Notes: a model not told the origin generated them from the letters alone. A stretch of 64,000 nt of DNA from Balanoglossus misakiensis (GCA_040954595.2 CM082589.2:4664213-4728212), one strand, 5' to 3'. Counted from the stretch's first letter, positions 14,475 through 26,711 are shown. Made by a program: numbers and translations.

Positions 14475-14503
14475 GACTTTCTAACAAGCCATCAACTACT
14501 TAA
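14446..14503 (+). repeat. Perfect 29-bp tandem duplication spanning the RTEL1 stop codon
   Basis: GACTTTCTAACAAGCCATCAACTACTTAA occurs at 14446-14474 and 14475-14503. Confidence 0.95.
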
Positions 14504-15543
14504 TGGATTAAACTTTCAATCAATCAGTCAGTCACTCAATCACAGCAAATACATCTGGAATCATTGTCATCCCTTCATTATCACCAGTTAGAGATGCCAT
14601 GCTTCTGGACAAAGATCTCTCTGGGTTCTTGCACCAACGGAAACAATCCTGGATTATTTAAACCACTCCTGGAACGTCACGAAACTCCCGGAAAGTCATG
14701 AAAACATGATTTAGCAATTATGTTAACATAAATATATGCATAATCATGAAGAAATTTGAGGAAAATACTGTGGAATTGCCTCTGGAAAAAATTTGACGCC
14801 GAATATTCTTGGAATGTACTGGAATTTATGTTAACTTTGAGCACATGAAATTTGTTTTTCTAGTTATATTTCCATTTTGGTCACAAAAACCCACAACACT
14901 TTCAATGAGCTCTTTTCACTTTGATTGTTCAAATATATAATACATATGTTGCAATTAGTACTTTTTGACAAGAACAAGGTTACTACTTTTAAACCATTTC
15001 ACATTTTTAATATATACATTCTATATATGTTGGAATGACTATATTAGAGTACAGTTAACGTTAACGCACAGGGAAGTCTGGGTAAAAAGGTTAAAGTTCA
15101 ACATGGGCTGTTACTTTTGAGGGGTTGGTCACTGCTCCACAGTTACAAGGAAGCAATCGTGATAACTCTTCTAAGGGAGGAACCATTTCAGTTTGACATT
15201 ACTTGTTTCTCTAAAGTATGGCATTTCTAGTCCCTGCAGACAGTGACATCTTTGTTTGTATAATGGTTAGTTTTGTTATAAAATGTGATATTTCAACAGT
15301 TAAATGTTTACTTGGATGCTTCTCGTTATAAAGGTATACAGTCATCTCCAATTTACATGTGTTCATATACATGTATGGATGAAATGGCATAGCAGAGCGA
15401 TCTAATAGAACATATGGTGGCGCTGTTTTTTCGCATGTGCCACCCACTGAAAATCTGTGATTGGCCAAATCTCAATTTGCCATGGTAACTGGATTCATGT
15501 GTAATCACTATTAGTGTGATGGGAACATGAAAGTGTTGTGGTT

Positions 15544-17736
15544 TTACTGTGCAAATACTTTGACACAGTTTTTCTCGTTGTCAACCACAGCCACCCTGCA
15601 AGGTTCGTCATTGGTGATCGCGATACCATGTGGCCAGGCAAGACTTTCCTTGCAGCTGTTATCGTTAACTCGACAGACAAATCTTCCTTCGCTGTCAAAT
15701 TTCAGCACCCTTTGGTTTCCTTTGTCACTGACGTACACATTGCCAGCTCTGTCCGTGGCAATTCCTCGCGGGGAGGTCAGATCGTCTCCTGCGTTGCCGA
15801 ACAATCGTTGAAACTCGCAATGTCGGTTGAACACCTGGATGCGGTTGTTGTTTACATCGGACACGAAGGCTGTTCCCTGATCATTTATGGCCAGGCGCAC
15901 CGGTCCTTTGAATTCGCCCTGCTTGATGCCGTAACTTCCGAAGGATGTGATGTAGTTGCCATACCGTGTGTATTTCCAAATGCAGTGACTGCCGAGAGTG
16001 TCTGTGTTGTTTCCCTCGCCATCCCAGTCGGTGACGTACACGCTCCCGTCCAAGGGACTGACCTCAATACCACACGGGTGTCTCATCCGAGATTTGCCGA
16101 AGCATCGGCCCGGGAGTACCCGTCCATTCTCATCAACAACAACTACTTGCTTGTTGCCCTCGTCTGTCATGAAGATTTCATTATCAGCCGATATAGCCAC
16201 ATCATTCGGTTCAACATCTCTCTCAAACTGTGAGCCTGAGAAAGTGAACGCCGGCTTACAATTTCCATTTTTGTCGGTGATGAGAAGTCGCTTATTACCC
16301 CAGTCAGCGATAAGAAAGTCTCCGCGCTTGGTGATGGTCAGTCCTAACGGACAGCTGAGGTGACCTTTTGCAATCACCCTGGTGAGACCCTTCACACGGA
16401 CCAAGCGAGGATAAGGCTGAATGACCTCGTCGCCAATTTTAATCGTGATTTTATACGTACCACCGGTTTCTCTGCAAACAGTCACAATATGTCTGCCATC
16501 GCAGTTGTTTCTCACGACAATATCTTCCTGAGAGCCATCTTCCTTTCGTATGTTTGCAGTGATTCCTTTAAGTGGCATGACTGGCTTGCCTCTGCTGTCT
16601 TGCGTCCTGACGGTGATGTCAACTGACTCTCCCCTTGCTAGCTCATTCGGAATCTCCTCAGCTTTGCAGTGTGTGGCGCACACATCTGATTTCAGCAACC
16701 CGAGCAGTCCGTGCTCACACGATTCTTTGGCAGTAGGCTGAAACATTGGCAACCCAGGTCTGTGCACCGGTAAGCTTGATTCTTGAATGTGTTTCTCAAT
16801 ACGGTTCACCGTCTTCTTCTTGCATGCCAGAAGTTCGGCATCACTCCCGTGACGCATCAGTGTTTCAACATAATCGCACGCCCGGGAAATATCTGCATAA
16901 TTCTTCTCCTGGCAGTCGAGTTGTGCTTGTACAGTTGATTTTGTCAAACCATATTCCCGTTGCAACTCTTCAACCAGTCTTCGTTCTTCACTCCTAATTT
17001 TCTTGATCATTTCATTAGCTTGAAATTTCACTTTCCCTTGTTCTTCCCGACAGCGTGTACTTAGTTCCTCCCAGAAGCACTTCGTTTCGGGTAGCCACTT
17101 TTGGAGCTTGCTCTTGCTTTCTCTCAGAGTTTCGGCCTTGTCTTCCAACTTTTTCCTGTAATCTGCGGCGGCATCACTCAGTTTTATGTTGTTATGGCCG
17201 GGGGTTGGGTGTGCAGCGATGCACTCAGTACAGACGCTTACTTGGCAGGTGGCACAAAACAGTTCCACCACGTTCTTGGGGTGGAGTTTACAATGAAGTG
17301 ATTGTTCAAGCGTGCTGAGTGTGTGATCTTTTGTAACGCCCAGCGTTCTGTGGCTCTTCGTGCATGTAGGACACAAATTGCAACTGCAGTCCGTACACCA
17401 GTGAGAGGCAGCTTTCTCTGAGCACCCCTGACAGTACAGCTTTCCAATCGACTCGCCCTTCTGCCTTTCACTGAAAATCTCCAGCTGTCTGCAAATGAAA
17501 CTGTCGTCTTGGAGTGCTACCACACCTCCATCGTTCGGTAGAGGGCATGGCTTACCACAGACAGGGCAGTTTAGTCTTCCCGTTTCGCTCACCACTGTTT
17601 GCAGGCATTTCTCACAGACAGTGTCTAAGCATGGCAGAAGTTTCGGGTGCTCGAAAAGCTCCTTACAGAACGGGCAACAAAGGAAAGCTTTGTCAACTGT
17701 ACCGTTTTCTGAGTCGAAATCTCCTTTACCTGCCAT
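15544..17736 (-). CDS. TRIM-NHL protein (RING, two B-boxes, coiled coil, filamin, NHL repeats; TRIM2/3/71-like), intronless CDS, 730 aa
   Basis: RING CPFC..PCLDTVCEKC..CPVC; B-box1 CQGC..CTDC..LCPTC..H..H; B-box2 CKLH..FCATC..VCTEC..H..H; filamin-like VRTQDSRGKP..GTYKITIKIG; NHL repeats (PLGLTI, PNDVAI, PCGIEV, PVRLAI, PRGIAT, PHGIAI). First ATG is at 17736. The ORF-track GTG at 17790 coincides with a TTCAG splice acceptor. Confidence 0.92.
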   Translation of the reverse strand: MAGKGDFDSENGTVDKAFLCCPFCKELFEHPKLLPCLDTVCEKCLQTVVSETGRLNCPVCGKPCPLPNDGGVVALQDDSFICRQLEIFSERQKGESIGKLYCQGCSEKAASHWCTDCSCNLCPTCTKSHRTLGVTKDHTLSTLEQSLHCKLHPKNVVELFCATCQVSVCTECIAAHPTPGHNNIKLSDAAADYRKKLEDKAETLRESKSKLQKWLPETKCFWEELSTRCREEQGKVKFQANEMIKKIRSEERRLVEELQREYGLTKSTVQAQLDCQEKNYADISRACDYVETLMRHGSDAELLACKKKTVNRIEKHIQESSLPVHRPGLPMFQPTAKESCEHGLLGLLKSDVCATHCKAEEIPNELARGESVDITVRTQDSRGKPVMPLKGITANIRKEDGSQEDIVVRNNCDGRHIVTVCRETGGTYKITIKIGDEVIQPYPRLVRVKGLTRVIAKGHLSCPLGLTITKRGDFLIADWGNKRLLITDKNGNCKPAFTFSGSQFERDVEPNDVAISADNEIFMTDEGNKQVVVVDENGRVLPGRCFGKSRMRHPCGIEVSPLDGSVYVTDWDGEGNNTDTLGSHCIWKYTRYGNYITSFGSYGIKQGEFKGPVRLAINDQGTAFVSDVNNNRIQVFNRHCEFQRLFGNAGDDLTSPRGIATDRAGNVYVSDKGNQRVLKFDSEGRFVCRVNDNSCKESLAWPHGIAITNDEPCRVAVVDNEKNCVKVFAQ

Positions 17737-18059
17737 GTTGCTTTTCCTTTGGTTCAGTAGTTGGTTGACATCAATTCTATTTTTGTCCACTGAACTACAT
17801 ATGTTGATAAATATTCACACGATTTCTAGATATGCTTCACTGCTTGGCAATACGTTGTTATGGCGACGAGTAGAAATCACGATACGTTAAAGGGGCTAAC
17901 TTGTTAAAAAAGATGGTGTACCGAATGAGGTCAATCTCGGAGATTTTTTTGATCGACCATGCATGTCTGTGCACTGGGCTGAGGCGGTTATCAGGCGTCT
18001 TCAAACCATGGACGGAGCCAAAATACGTCAAATATTCTTACACAATTTGCAACTTCCCC

Positions 18060-18138
18060 TAGTCTCGGTTACCCAGACTCCTCTACTTCTTCTGGGGGTC
18101 AACGGAAAATAGCAGAGGAGTCTGGGTAACCGAGACTT
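18060..18138. mobile_element. 79-bp MITE with 24-bp perfect TIRs and a 9-bp target-site duplication
   Basis: AGTCTCGGTTACCCAGACTCCTCT (18061-18084) and its exact reverse complement (18114-18137), flanked by the direct repeat AACTTCCCC at 18051-18059 and 18139-18147. Confidence 0.85.
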
Positions 18139-19677
18139 AACTTCCCCGTCAATATATCCGGGTTCATTTGAGGTTAAGTTTTGTGGTCCTGCAGCCACCA
18201 ATGTACATAGTTGGGCTCCACAGAAGCGTTTCCAAAGGCCTATTTTCGGTTCACAAACAACACCAGTGACGTCTACGTCTAGATTTGTTGCCGAGACGCA
18301 TACCCTACCTTTACTATAGGGCCTAGGCCTATAACATAAATTGTTCTTTCACCAAATCAGAAAGATCATGTTCCGGAAATTTGTGGTGTTTGACAAGTAC
18401 AGAACGAGAAGAATGCTGTGTGTTACCTGGGACTTCTATACCTTACAAGGTATATTCGTCTCAGGTGTTTCTAACGCGGATTACTACGTCAAATAGAACA
18501 ATATCTATCTGGTTGTGTATGTCTGTCATTGTTCCAAGTGTAACAGGCACACGTCTAGATAGAAACAAACCATGAACCGTATTCGTAACTTCGCACACAC
18601 GCACGTTTTTCAACAGTTATCCCATCTCGTTTTTGGAGACCAATTAACTATTTGTCTGTTAAATATATTTGCCCTTCTCTTATGTTGTCAGCTTAATTTG
18701 CCGCATTTAATCAATTTTGTACGTGAAGATTTATGCCCACTGTTTGCAAAACGATTTTTGGAAACAGCTTCCGAACAAGTAGTGATAACAGCTTGCTGTG
18801 TAGTGATGGTGATTAATGTAAAGACCCTCTTTCCTAAGTCATAAGCTATAATATTAGAAGAGGATTACTCAGGTTTTACTCTCGTGTTCAAGCAATGTTT
18901 CTTCACATATGTCAGAAGAATTATAGATACTTAGGTCTGCAATTGACAGTGTTGTTTATAAATGTGAATTATTTTCTTTTGATCCTAACGACCTAGCAAT
19001 GCATGTCACTTTCGAATTATAAAACTCCAAGATATAATCCGATCACAATAAAAATTGGTTGTGCATTTTGAATCAATATGTCGAATTCCGGCAATCACAA
19101 CGCGTACCAATGACTTAGATTGGTTACTACGTCACCCAGAAATCACTTCAGCCTCTACTGTGGTTAATGTACATACACATATCTTTCTAGGACCGTGTCA
19201 TGATTGGTTATTCAACATCCGTATTATTTGAGAATGTAGCCTTGCTATAAGTATAGCGGCATTTACATGTATATTAATAGAAAGATGTACTGGCTATATG
19301 ACACACTGAATACATAGGTAACGTTGAGTAGTTCCTCTGTATGGTGTCCACGCATGCAAAAAGGTAAGTATGAAACTAGGCTATATAGTGAAAGTTTTTT
19401 TTGTCATTTTCTTATTAGATGTTATTTAATTTTGGGTTGACAAGTAATTTACTCTGTTCTGCTTATTCTGTGTTAGTAGTTCTAACGCATTTAAAAACGT
19501 GATACTTTCATCTTACCCGACTCAACCCGCACACAGACCCAGGCCTGGTCCTTGGCACTGTCACTCGGTAAATCAACGCTCTACCAACCCACATAATTTT
19601 TTCTCTATTCTACAACTCTCATATATCCTTCTTTATCTTCTAGAATAATTGATATCACGCATTTTATGTAAACCAGT

Positions 19678-21228
19678 ATGGATACGAAAAGTAGTCTTCT
19701 GCAATGTCCACGAGTTGCCACATATAAATACTTCGCTTGGATCTTTCGACTTTTCACCGTGGGTTGCACATGCCTGGTTATCGTCGTCAGTGTGTCAAGA
19801 ATTCCGCTTTTTGGAGGATCACATACGTTTGCAGAGGAGAGATACAAAGTTCTGAAGGACGGCGCCGGTAATTCCATGACAGGGGAGGACCAACCTGGAA
19901 GCACGTCCTTAGAAGAACACGAGCCTTCGCCGAATCTATTCTCAACCTTGCAGGCAATAATACAACGGTCATACAAGCAGAATTTCACTTTAGAGATCGA
20001 AGATCTTGAGTCGGGATTGGACAAGAACCACTTAAGTCAAGCTCTGCCAATGGACGCGACATTCCCTAGATTGGAGGCTGCGTTTAAAGGCGCCATACTC
20101 CAACAAAATGTTCTGACAATCGGACTCAGCGGTGGTTCAGTCTCGGCCGCATCGTGTGTGGGTCCCAAGAATTTGTACGCTGAAAAGCTACGAGGGAACC
20201 TGCAAGAAGTCCTTGGCACGCCCGTTATTCTTCAAAACGGTGCGCTCGGCGCCAGTGGCAGCAAGTTCCACACATACTGCGTCGACAACTTCTTAAATCT
20301 GACTGACTTAGATGTTCTTCTTTGGGAATGCAGCATCAACGATGATGCAAGCGATTGTGCTCCGCAGGAAGAGTTCACGAGAAAGGTGTTAGAAGTCCCG
20401 CGTAGACCACAGTTGGTATACGTGAATTTCGTCTTCGGTATGAAGAAACAGCGGTGTGGAGGTTCAGAAACGGCGTGCAGCAAACCGTTGAGTAGGCACT
20501 ACAACGTACCGTCTCTAAACATGAAAGATTCCATCTGTGATCTCATTCTTCAAAGGAAGGCTGAGTACTTGGCAAGTCCGGTTGACGACAGCCACCCAAA
20601 TGTCAAGTATCACAGCATCGTGGGCAATCTTCTCACCAGGATGTTCACCGATGTTCTTCTTAATGTCGTTCATCAATTATTAGAAAGAATACAGACCGGT
20701 AACTCTCTCACTTCAACTGATGTCGAAATGGAAGAATCGAAAGCGCCCACAGATGGAACTGAGCTCCCTCCACCGTTAATGAACAACACGAACGTCACAG
20801 CTACTCAATGCTGGTCCTTAGCGCGAGCTGAAACTGGCAGCAAGCACCCTCTCATTCCAATCGCGAATGAAGGCTGGCAAATAAATTCCAAGGCTGAAAA
20901 TTTTAAGGCTCGAGTTGACGTCAAGCAGTATTGGGAACCTATGAACCCGAACACCACAATAACATTTGAAGTTACCATTAACCCATACAAAAATGAAAAG
21001 GCTCATGTACTGCTTGCTACGTTAGATTGTGCAGATTGTGGAGAAGTTGTTGCATGGCTTGACGGTGACGAATCTCAGGCTACTCAAGTGAAAACTGCTT
21101 TTAGATGGGGCTTCTGTCACGTGCATGTCATTAGGAATGATGTTCTGCCAGGCAGACATACAATTACTTTGCGGAATGTGTCTACAGTCCGTGTTGTCGC
21201 TATTGTGTCAGGATATTACATGAAATAG
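19678..21228 (+). CDS. Type II membrane SGNH/GDSL-fold protein, copy 1 (516 aa), single coding exon
   Basis: N-terminal hydrophobic anchor; SGNH blocks IGLSGGSVS (nucleophile Ser), NGALGASGS, DVLLWECSINDD and DDSHPN (DxxH); C-terminal beta-rich domain. Confidence 0.85.
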   Translation: MDTKSSLLQCPRVATYKYFAWIFRLFTVGCTCLVIVVSVSRIPLFGGSHTFAEERYKVLKDGAGNSMTGEDQPGSTSLEEHEPSPNLFSTLQAIIQRSYKQNFTLEIEDLESGLDKNHLSQALPMDATFPRLEAAFKGAILQQNVLTIGLSGGSVSAASCVGPKNLYAEKLRGNLQEVLGTPVILQNGALGASGSKFHTYCVDNFLNLTDLDVLLWECSINDDASDCAPQEEFTRKVLEVPRRPQLVYVNFVFGMKKQRCGGSETACSKPLSRHYNVPSLNMKDSICDLILQRKAEYLASPVDDSHPNVKYHSIVGNLLTRMFTDVLLNVVHQLLERIQTGNSLTSTDVEMEESKAPTDGTELPPPLMNNTNVTATQCWSLARAETGSKHPLIPIANEGWQINSKAENFKARVDVKQYWEPMNPNTTITFEVTINPYKNEKAHVLLATLDCADCGEVVAWLDGDESQATQVKTAFRWGFCHVHVIRNDVLPGRHTITLRNVSTVRVVAIVSGYYMK

Positions 21229-23076
21229 CACACAACAAATGTTTATTACGATCATTCATATTCAATGTTTTTTGACGAAAACAACTATTGATAATAACGA
21301 TATAGCAAAATAGATCAGCATGCCTTGTCAACTGGTGCCCCCAGGAGTGAAGATAATGATTAATTTATGGTGAACCCCAGCATGCTATACTTTTTGTTTT
21401 ATCTGGTACGGTAATTTGAATAGTACTTTCTCAGTTTGATAACTTGAAAGTTGAAGTTCCATGGGGCCGCAACAGTCATGTGCAAATCTTCAGTTCTCTG
21501 ACGATTTTCGAATGTATTACATTGTCCAGTGAAATTGCAATATTTTCAATTAGTTTTGACCCCCTTGCTAGACCATAGCAAAACAGATCCAATTGCATAT
21601 TTAACCCAACTGTGTTCTATCCGGGGCTTATTCCACAGCTGACGTCATTTGTTGGAACATGTCACATACATAAGGCATCGGAGCTCTGTTCTGTATGACT
21701 TTGAAGAGTGTTACATTAGCAGAATATAGAATAAAACTGTCAGACTAACCTGTTGTGCTATCAACTTACTTGCAGAAAATAAATATGTATAATCACAAAT
21801 CTCAACTAGGTCAGCCAGTGTTGGAGATTAGAAGGAAAGTTGGCATATAATGCCAATACAATGTATATATGGCATTGTACCAGCAGTTGCTGTCATTGAA
21901 TTTTCAATACACCTATTCGCTATGCCTATATTAACAAGTTGTGCCCAACCGTTTGCTCAATTGCACCAGAGCATATTGGTTTCGACTAAATACATATTAC
22001 ATATATACCCAAGGGTTCAAAGGTTCACACCATAGGTTTACATAAAGAATAATCGTGAACATCTGTTGTTAAGTAGTGTGAATGACTTGCTGCTGGGAGG
22101 TACACAAAGACAATATTGCACAAATCTGTCTTTCATGAGGCATTCATTAGCACGTTGACATCATGTAACACTGCCATGTACCTACATTCAAATTTACTGT
22201 GTAGGTGCATGTTAATGTACTGTCACCAAAGTAAATTTATCCCACATGAACCAAAGAAAGTTGAGATCGATCTAACTATTAAAATAATAGATTGTAATCG
22301 GGCGCTGTTTTGTTGTTCACGTTGAATCGGTGAGTCAAATTACTTCCATATGTTGCACACTCGCAACGTAAACCTACCAACAAATTACTTATTTATAATA
22401 TCGGTAAATACCCAAAGGTCATTCAGGTCCTTCCTGTCGTCCCATGGTTTAGAATTCAACATCCAATAGTATTCGACTACAATGCCTAAGTACAGTAATT
22501 AAGAAACAGACGACCAATAGCAATACGCATATTCAAATTACTTTGTATACAGTATTTGCTTTTTCAAAATAAATGCATTGGTCACAAAGTCACACTGATC
22601 GAAATAGGTGATTATACACACATACGCTCACCCTCTCTGCTGTAATTGAGTCCAGGTAAGCCTTTGTCTTCTTCTTTCCAGTTGTTGAGGTGTTGATAAG
22701 ACTTTAAGGTTATCTTCAGAATATGGTGTGCACATCTCTCTTGTGTATTTATTTACATTTGTATCTCTATCGTGATGTGCTCTTTGCGTTTTCGTATAGG
22801 GTCACAATAAATTTAAATGAATATTTGGGAACAGCTGTCAGTAGTAGTTGCAAACATTTCGCTATCAAACTTTTTATTATACAACTGCCCAGCTTTTTAT
22901 GGTGCTGAAGTCAATACCAAAAAATGTTTGATGGTTTGGCTTTTATATGTAGAGCTGACTATGATGGCGTTTTTAATACAACGCCCTTTTTCAAAGTAGA
23001 CTAGCAAAAGTGTTGCAAACATGACAGTAGAATATCATGCTTTATATTGCACTGTTATCTTTCCTGTAGAACAAGT

Positions 23077-24642
23077 ATGGATAAAACAAGTACATGTACT
23101 CCGCTACGATATCCCTGCATTGACAGAAAGGGAAAACTGGCGATGTTGCCTAAATTTCTAATACTTGGTTGCGTGTGCCTGGTTATCATCTTCTATCTAT
23201 CAACATTCATGGGAACCTTTTCCCTGTCACATGGAAGAGTAAAATTTAACAAGGACGGAAATAGAGTAATGAAGGATACTAAGGGGTCGATGTCAAAGAC
23301 AAGTCGCCCGGAGAAAAATACAAATGAAGAATACAAGGTTACACCAGATCTACTCTCTACTCTCAAGGCAATAACAGAACGGTCAAGGAAGCAAAATCTC
23401 ACGTTGGCGATTGAGGACCTTGAGTCAGGATTGGACAAGAAGCACTTGAGGCGGGCTCTGCCAGCGGGCACAACATTCCCTGGATTGGAAAGTGTATTTA
23501 AGCGAGTCATACGCCAACAACGCGTTCTAACAATTGGAATCAGCGGTGGTTCAGTCTCATCCGCATCTTGTGTGGGTCCAGAGAATTTATATGCTGAAAA
23601 GCTAAGACGCAACCTGCAAGAAGTCCTTGGCACGCCTGTCAATCTACAAAACGGTGCGCTCGGCGCCAGTGGCAGCAGGTTTCACACTTACTGCGTCGAC
23701 AATTTCTTAAATCTGACTGACTTAGACATTCTTCTTTGGGAATGCAGCATCAATGATGGTGTATACGATTGTGCTCCGCAGGAAGAGTTCACGAGAAAGG
23801 TTCTAAGTGTCAGAGGTGGGCCACAGCTAATATATGTGAATTTTCTCTTCGGTATGAAGGACCGGACATGTCGGAGCACGGAAACCGCATGCAGCAAACC
23901 CTTGAGTGAGTATTACAACGTGCCATCTCTAAACATGAATGATTCCCTTTGTGATCTCTTCAAAAGGGGCAAAGGTGAGTACATGGCAAGTCCAGTTGAC
24001 AACAGTCATCCCAGCGTCAAGTATCACAGCATTGTTGGAGATCTTCTCACCCGGATGCTTGGCAATGTTCTCATGACAGTCGTAGATCAACTCATAGAAG
24101 AAACGCGAGATGCAAATTCTATGCGTAAATCACCAGTGGAAATGGAAGAATCGAAAGCGCCGTCAGATGGAACTGTGCTCCCTCCACCGCTAATGAACAA
24201 CACGAACGTCACAGCTACTCAATGCTGGTGCTTAGCGCGTGCTCAAACTGGCAGCAAGCACCCTCTCATTCCAATAGCGAATGAGGGCTGGCAAATAAAT
24301 TCCGGTGTTGAACATTTAAAGGCGCGAGTTGACGTCAAGCAATATTGGGAACCTATGAACCCGAACACCACAATAACATTTGAAGTTACCATTAACCCAT
24401 ACAAAAATGAAAAGGCTCATGTACTTCTTGCTACGTTAGATTGCGCCGATTGTGGAGAAGTTTTTGCATGGCTTGATGGTGATGAGTCTCAAGCTACTCA
24501 AGTTAAAACTGCTTATAGATGGGGCTTCTGTCACGTGCATGTCATTAGGAATGATGTTCTGCCAGGCAGACATACAATTACTTTGCGGAATTTGTCTACA
24601 GTCCGTGTTGTCGCTATTGTGTCAGGATATTACATGAAATAG
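23077..24642 (+). CDS. Type II membrane SGNH/GDSL-fold protein, copy 2 (521 aa)
   Basis: ATG at 23077, 7 nt after the acceptor TTCCTGTAG. TM segment FLILGCVCLVIIFYL; motifs GGSVS, NGALGASGS, WECSIND and DNSHP. Paralog of the flanking ORFs. Confidence 0.85.
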   Translation: MDKTSTCTPLRYPCIDRKGKLAMLPKFLILGCVCLVIIFYLSTFMGTFSLSHGRVKFNKDGNRVMKDTKGSMSKTSRPEKNTNEEYKVTPDLLSTLKAITERSRKQNLTLAIEDLESGLDKKHLRRALPAGTTFPGLESVFKRVIRQQRVLTIGISGGSVSSASCVGPENLYAEKLRRNLQEVLGTPVNLQNGALGASGSRFHTYCVDNFLNLTDLDILLWECSINDGVYDCAPQEEFTRKVLSVRGGPQLIYVNFLFGMKDRTCRSTETACSKPLSEYYNVPSLNMNDSLCDLFKRGKGEYMASPVDNSHPSVKYHSIVGDLLTRMLGNVLMTVVDQLIEETRDANSMRKSPVEMEESKAPSDGTVLPPPLMNNTNVTATQCWCLARAQTGSKHPLIPIANEGWQINSGVEHLKARVDVKQYWEPMNPNTTITFEVTINPYKNEKAHVLLATLDCADCGEVFAWLDGDESQATQVKTAYRWGFCHVHVIRNDVLPGRHTITLRNLSTVRVVAIVSGYYMK

Positions 24643-26683
24643 AACATCGATCACTCCGATTCATGCAAACAAATTTCTAAAGCAGATCGCAACTACCATG
24701 AAAAGAAACTTCCGGCTATGCGCTAAGATCAAAATATCGGTTTCAACAGGAACCAGATGGCACATCTGTCTGTCAGCTCGTCTCATAAATCATGATAAAA
24801 TTCCTGCATGATAAAAATGCAAAATACAAAGTATCATTTATCCGATATTACTGCATATGTACTGCCAAATACGCCGGTAAAATAAAACGTGCATTCTCCA
24901 TAGGTGACCTGCAAGGGCAATAAAATAGTCCCTGTTGAAAGCGTGTTAAAACTTCACTCTATTCTTATAAAAATGCATTCATACTTCATATGTAGTAACA
25001 GTTTTCTGCTGCCAATCTCTGTAGTACGTTGTAAACTAGTCACGTGGTCATTAAAATAATTTTAGTATTCACGAGTACGTATGCAATATGAAAAAATGGA
25101 ACTACTTTCTGCCTGTAAACATTGGACGCCATGAACGCCATCGACCATCCGGAGCCGAACATTACGATCAGCGATACGTGGTGATTGTTTAACATTTTCG
25201 GACGTCATTTTATCATCCATCCAAGATAACGTCAGTATAGCAAAATATAGTTGTCATGCAGTATATTTGGTAGGGCGTAACCTCAGAATTTACGAAAATC
25301 TGATGCTGTCGCCAGTGTTGCCGATGCGTTCCGGCGACCCCTGAAGGACATCACTGATGAACTGACCGAACATGACCCTACTTTGCATAACAAAAGTTGC
25401 ACATCTTAGCCAATGAACGACGCGCGCTTGCGTCACTGCTGTCCCACTGTCCACGTTGAATCGGCGATTTGATTTCCTTCCATATATCGCCGCACCGACA
25501 ACATAAAGCTACCGATAACATTTCTACATTAGTTATATATACTGAAATACCCAGAATTCACTTTGACCCGCCCTGTCTTACAGTGATTATGAGGAAGTTG
25601 ACATGATATAGTATTCATATTCCATCTTATTGGACAATAAAGCCAAAGTGCACTGGAGAAGAAGAAGACTACCAATGATCATCTCATATTCAAATTAATT
25701 TGAATATTTATATTTCGAATGAAATAAATCACAGTGCACAAGATACACATTGGCACTCATAGAAGCGCACTTTCTTATATGAGTTCAGGTAAGCATTTGC
25801 CTTTGTTCGTGCGATTTTGTTATGTTTTATGTGACTTTATATTGTGCACATTCTGAACTCATGAGATACTGTATAGTTTTAAACTCATATGAAGAGTTAA
25901 TAGCGAGATTCCTGGAAATTATTGAAATTTCTGAATTCTGAGAATTACTTGAAAGGTCTAATATTTTGCCAATTATGTCTGTGCTCATGTGGAAAATACG
26001 AAAACTTGCCTTCGTTAATGTGGTTTGAGTCGTCATTATTTTGCCATATTGCCTATATTCAAAAAGCGAAAATACTGTAAACGTAGGAAAAGGTACAGAT
26101 ATTTGAGCTGTACTCGACAGGCGATACTAAATTATATCAGGTCGTAAAATTCCATGAAGAGGGGTGGAGAGTATGTGCAGTAGCTGTCTCTGTCAAATCT
26201 ATTTTTCCCATAGGTGATTTATGATTTAAGCATAATACAACAGAAATATTCTGCTTGACTTTAGTGTTAATCTGTCTACGTCTTTACTCTTCAGGTTTCG
26301 ACCTAACAACCACTTGGTTTTACTTCAATGACACTTGTGGCATATGGTGGCTAGAACAAAAGATTTATTTGCTCACTTCACTGTGGCAGAAATATGAGAC
26401 AAATATTTGCTGTCAGATTTGTGTGCGCGCACGCATATTTGCTCTTCGGCTTCCTGATCTGACGACCAACGAGCTTTCCGGTATCAAATGACTCCATAGT
26501 AGATGGGTTTAGCTTAAACACTTTATTGTTTCTTTGGACATGCAAATGGTGTAATACTACATATATAGATACTGTAATACTATACAGAGTGGGTTTTGGC
26601 ATAGACCTCTCTCTAGGGGCATATGACTGAGGATCTTGAACTCTTTATTTGACAAACTAACAGAGTGAGATGTAAGCTGTAGA

Positions 26684-26711
26684 TACAATACAATACAATA
26701 CAATACAATAC
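26684..26711. repeat. (CAATA)n pentanucleotide microsatellite
   Basis: About 5 units, directly visible, in the 5'-UTR intron of SGNH copy 3. Confidence 0.8.

Noticed and set aside
15538-16233. 231-aa + strand ORF antisense to the TRIM-NHL gene, and other antisense ORFs over the SGNH, SLC10 and FucT exons (e.g. 44583-45350)
   Set aside because: Shadow frames of real coding sequence with no recognisable motifs.
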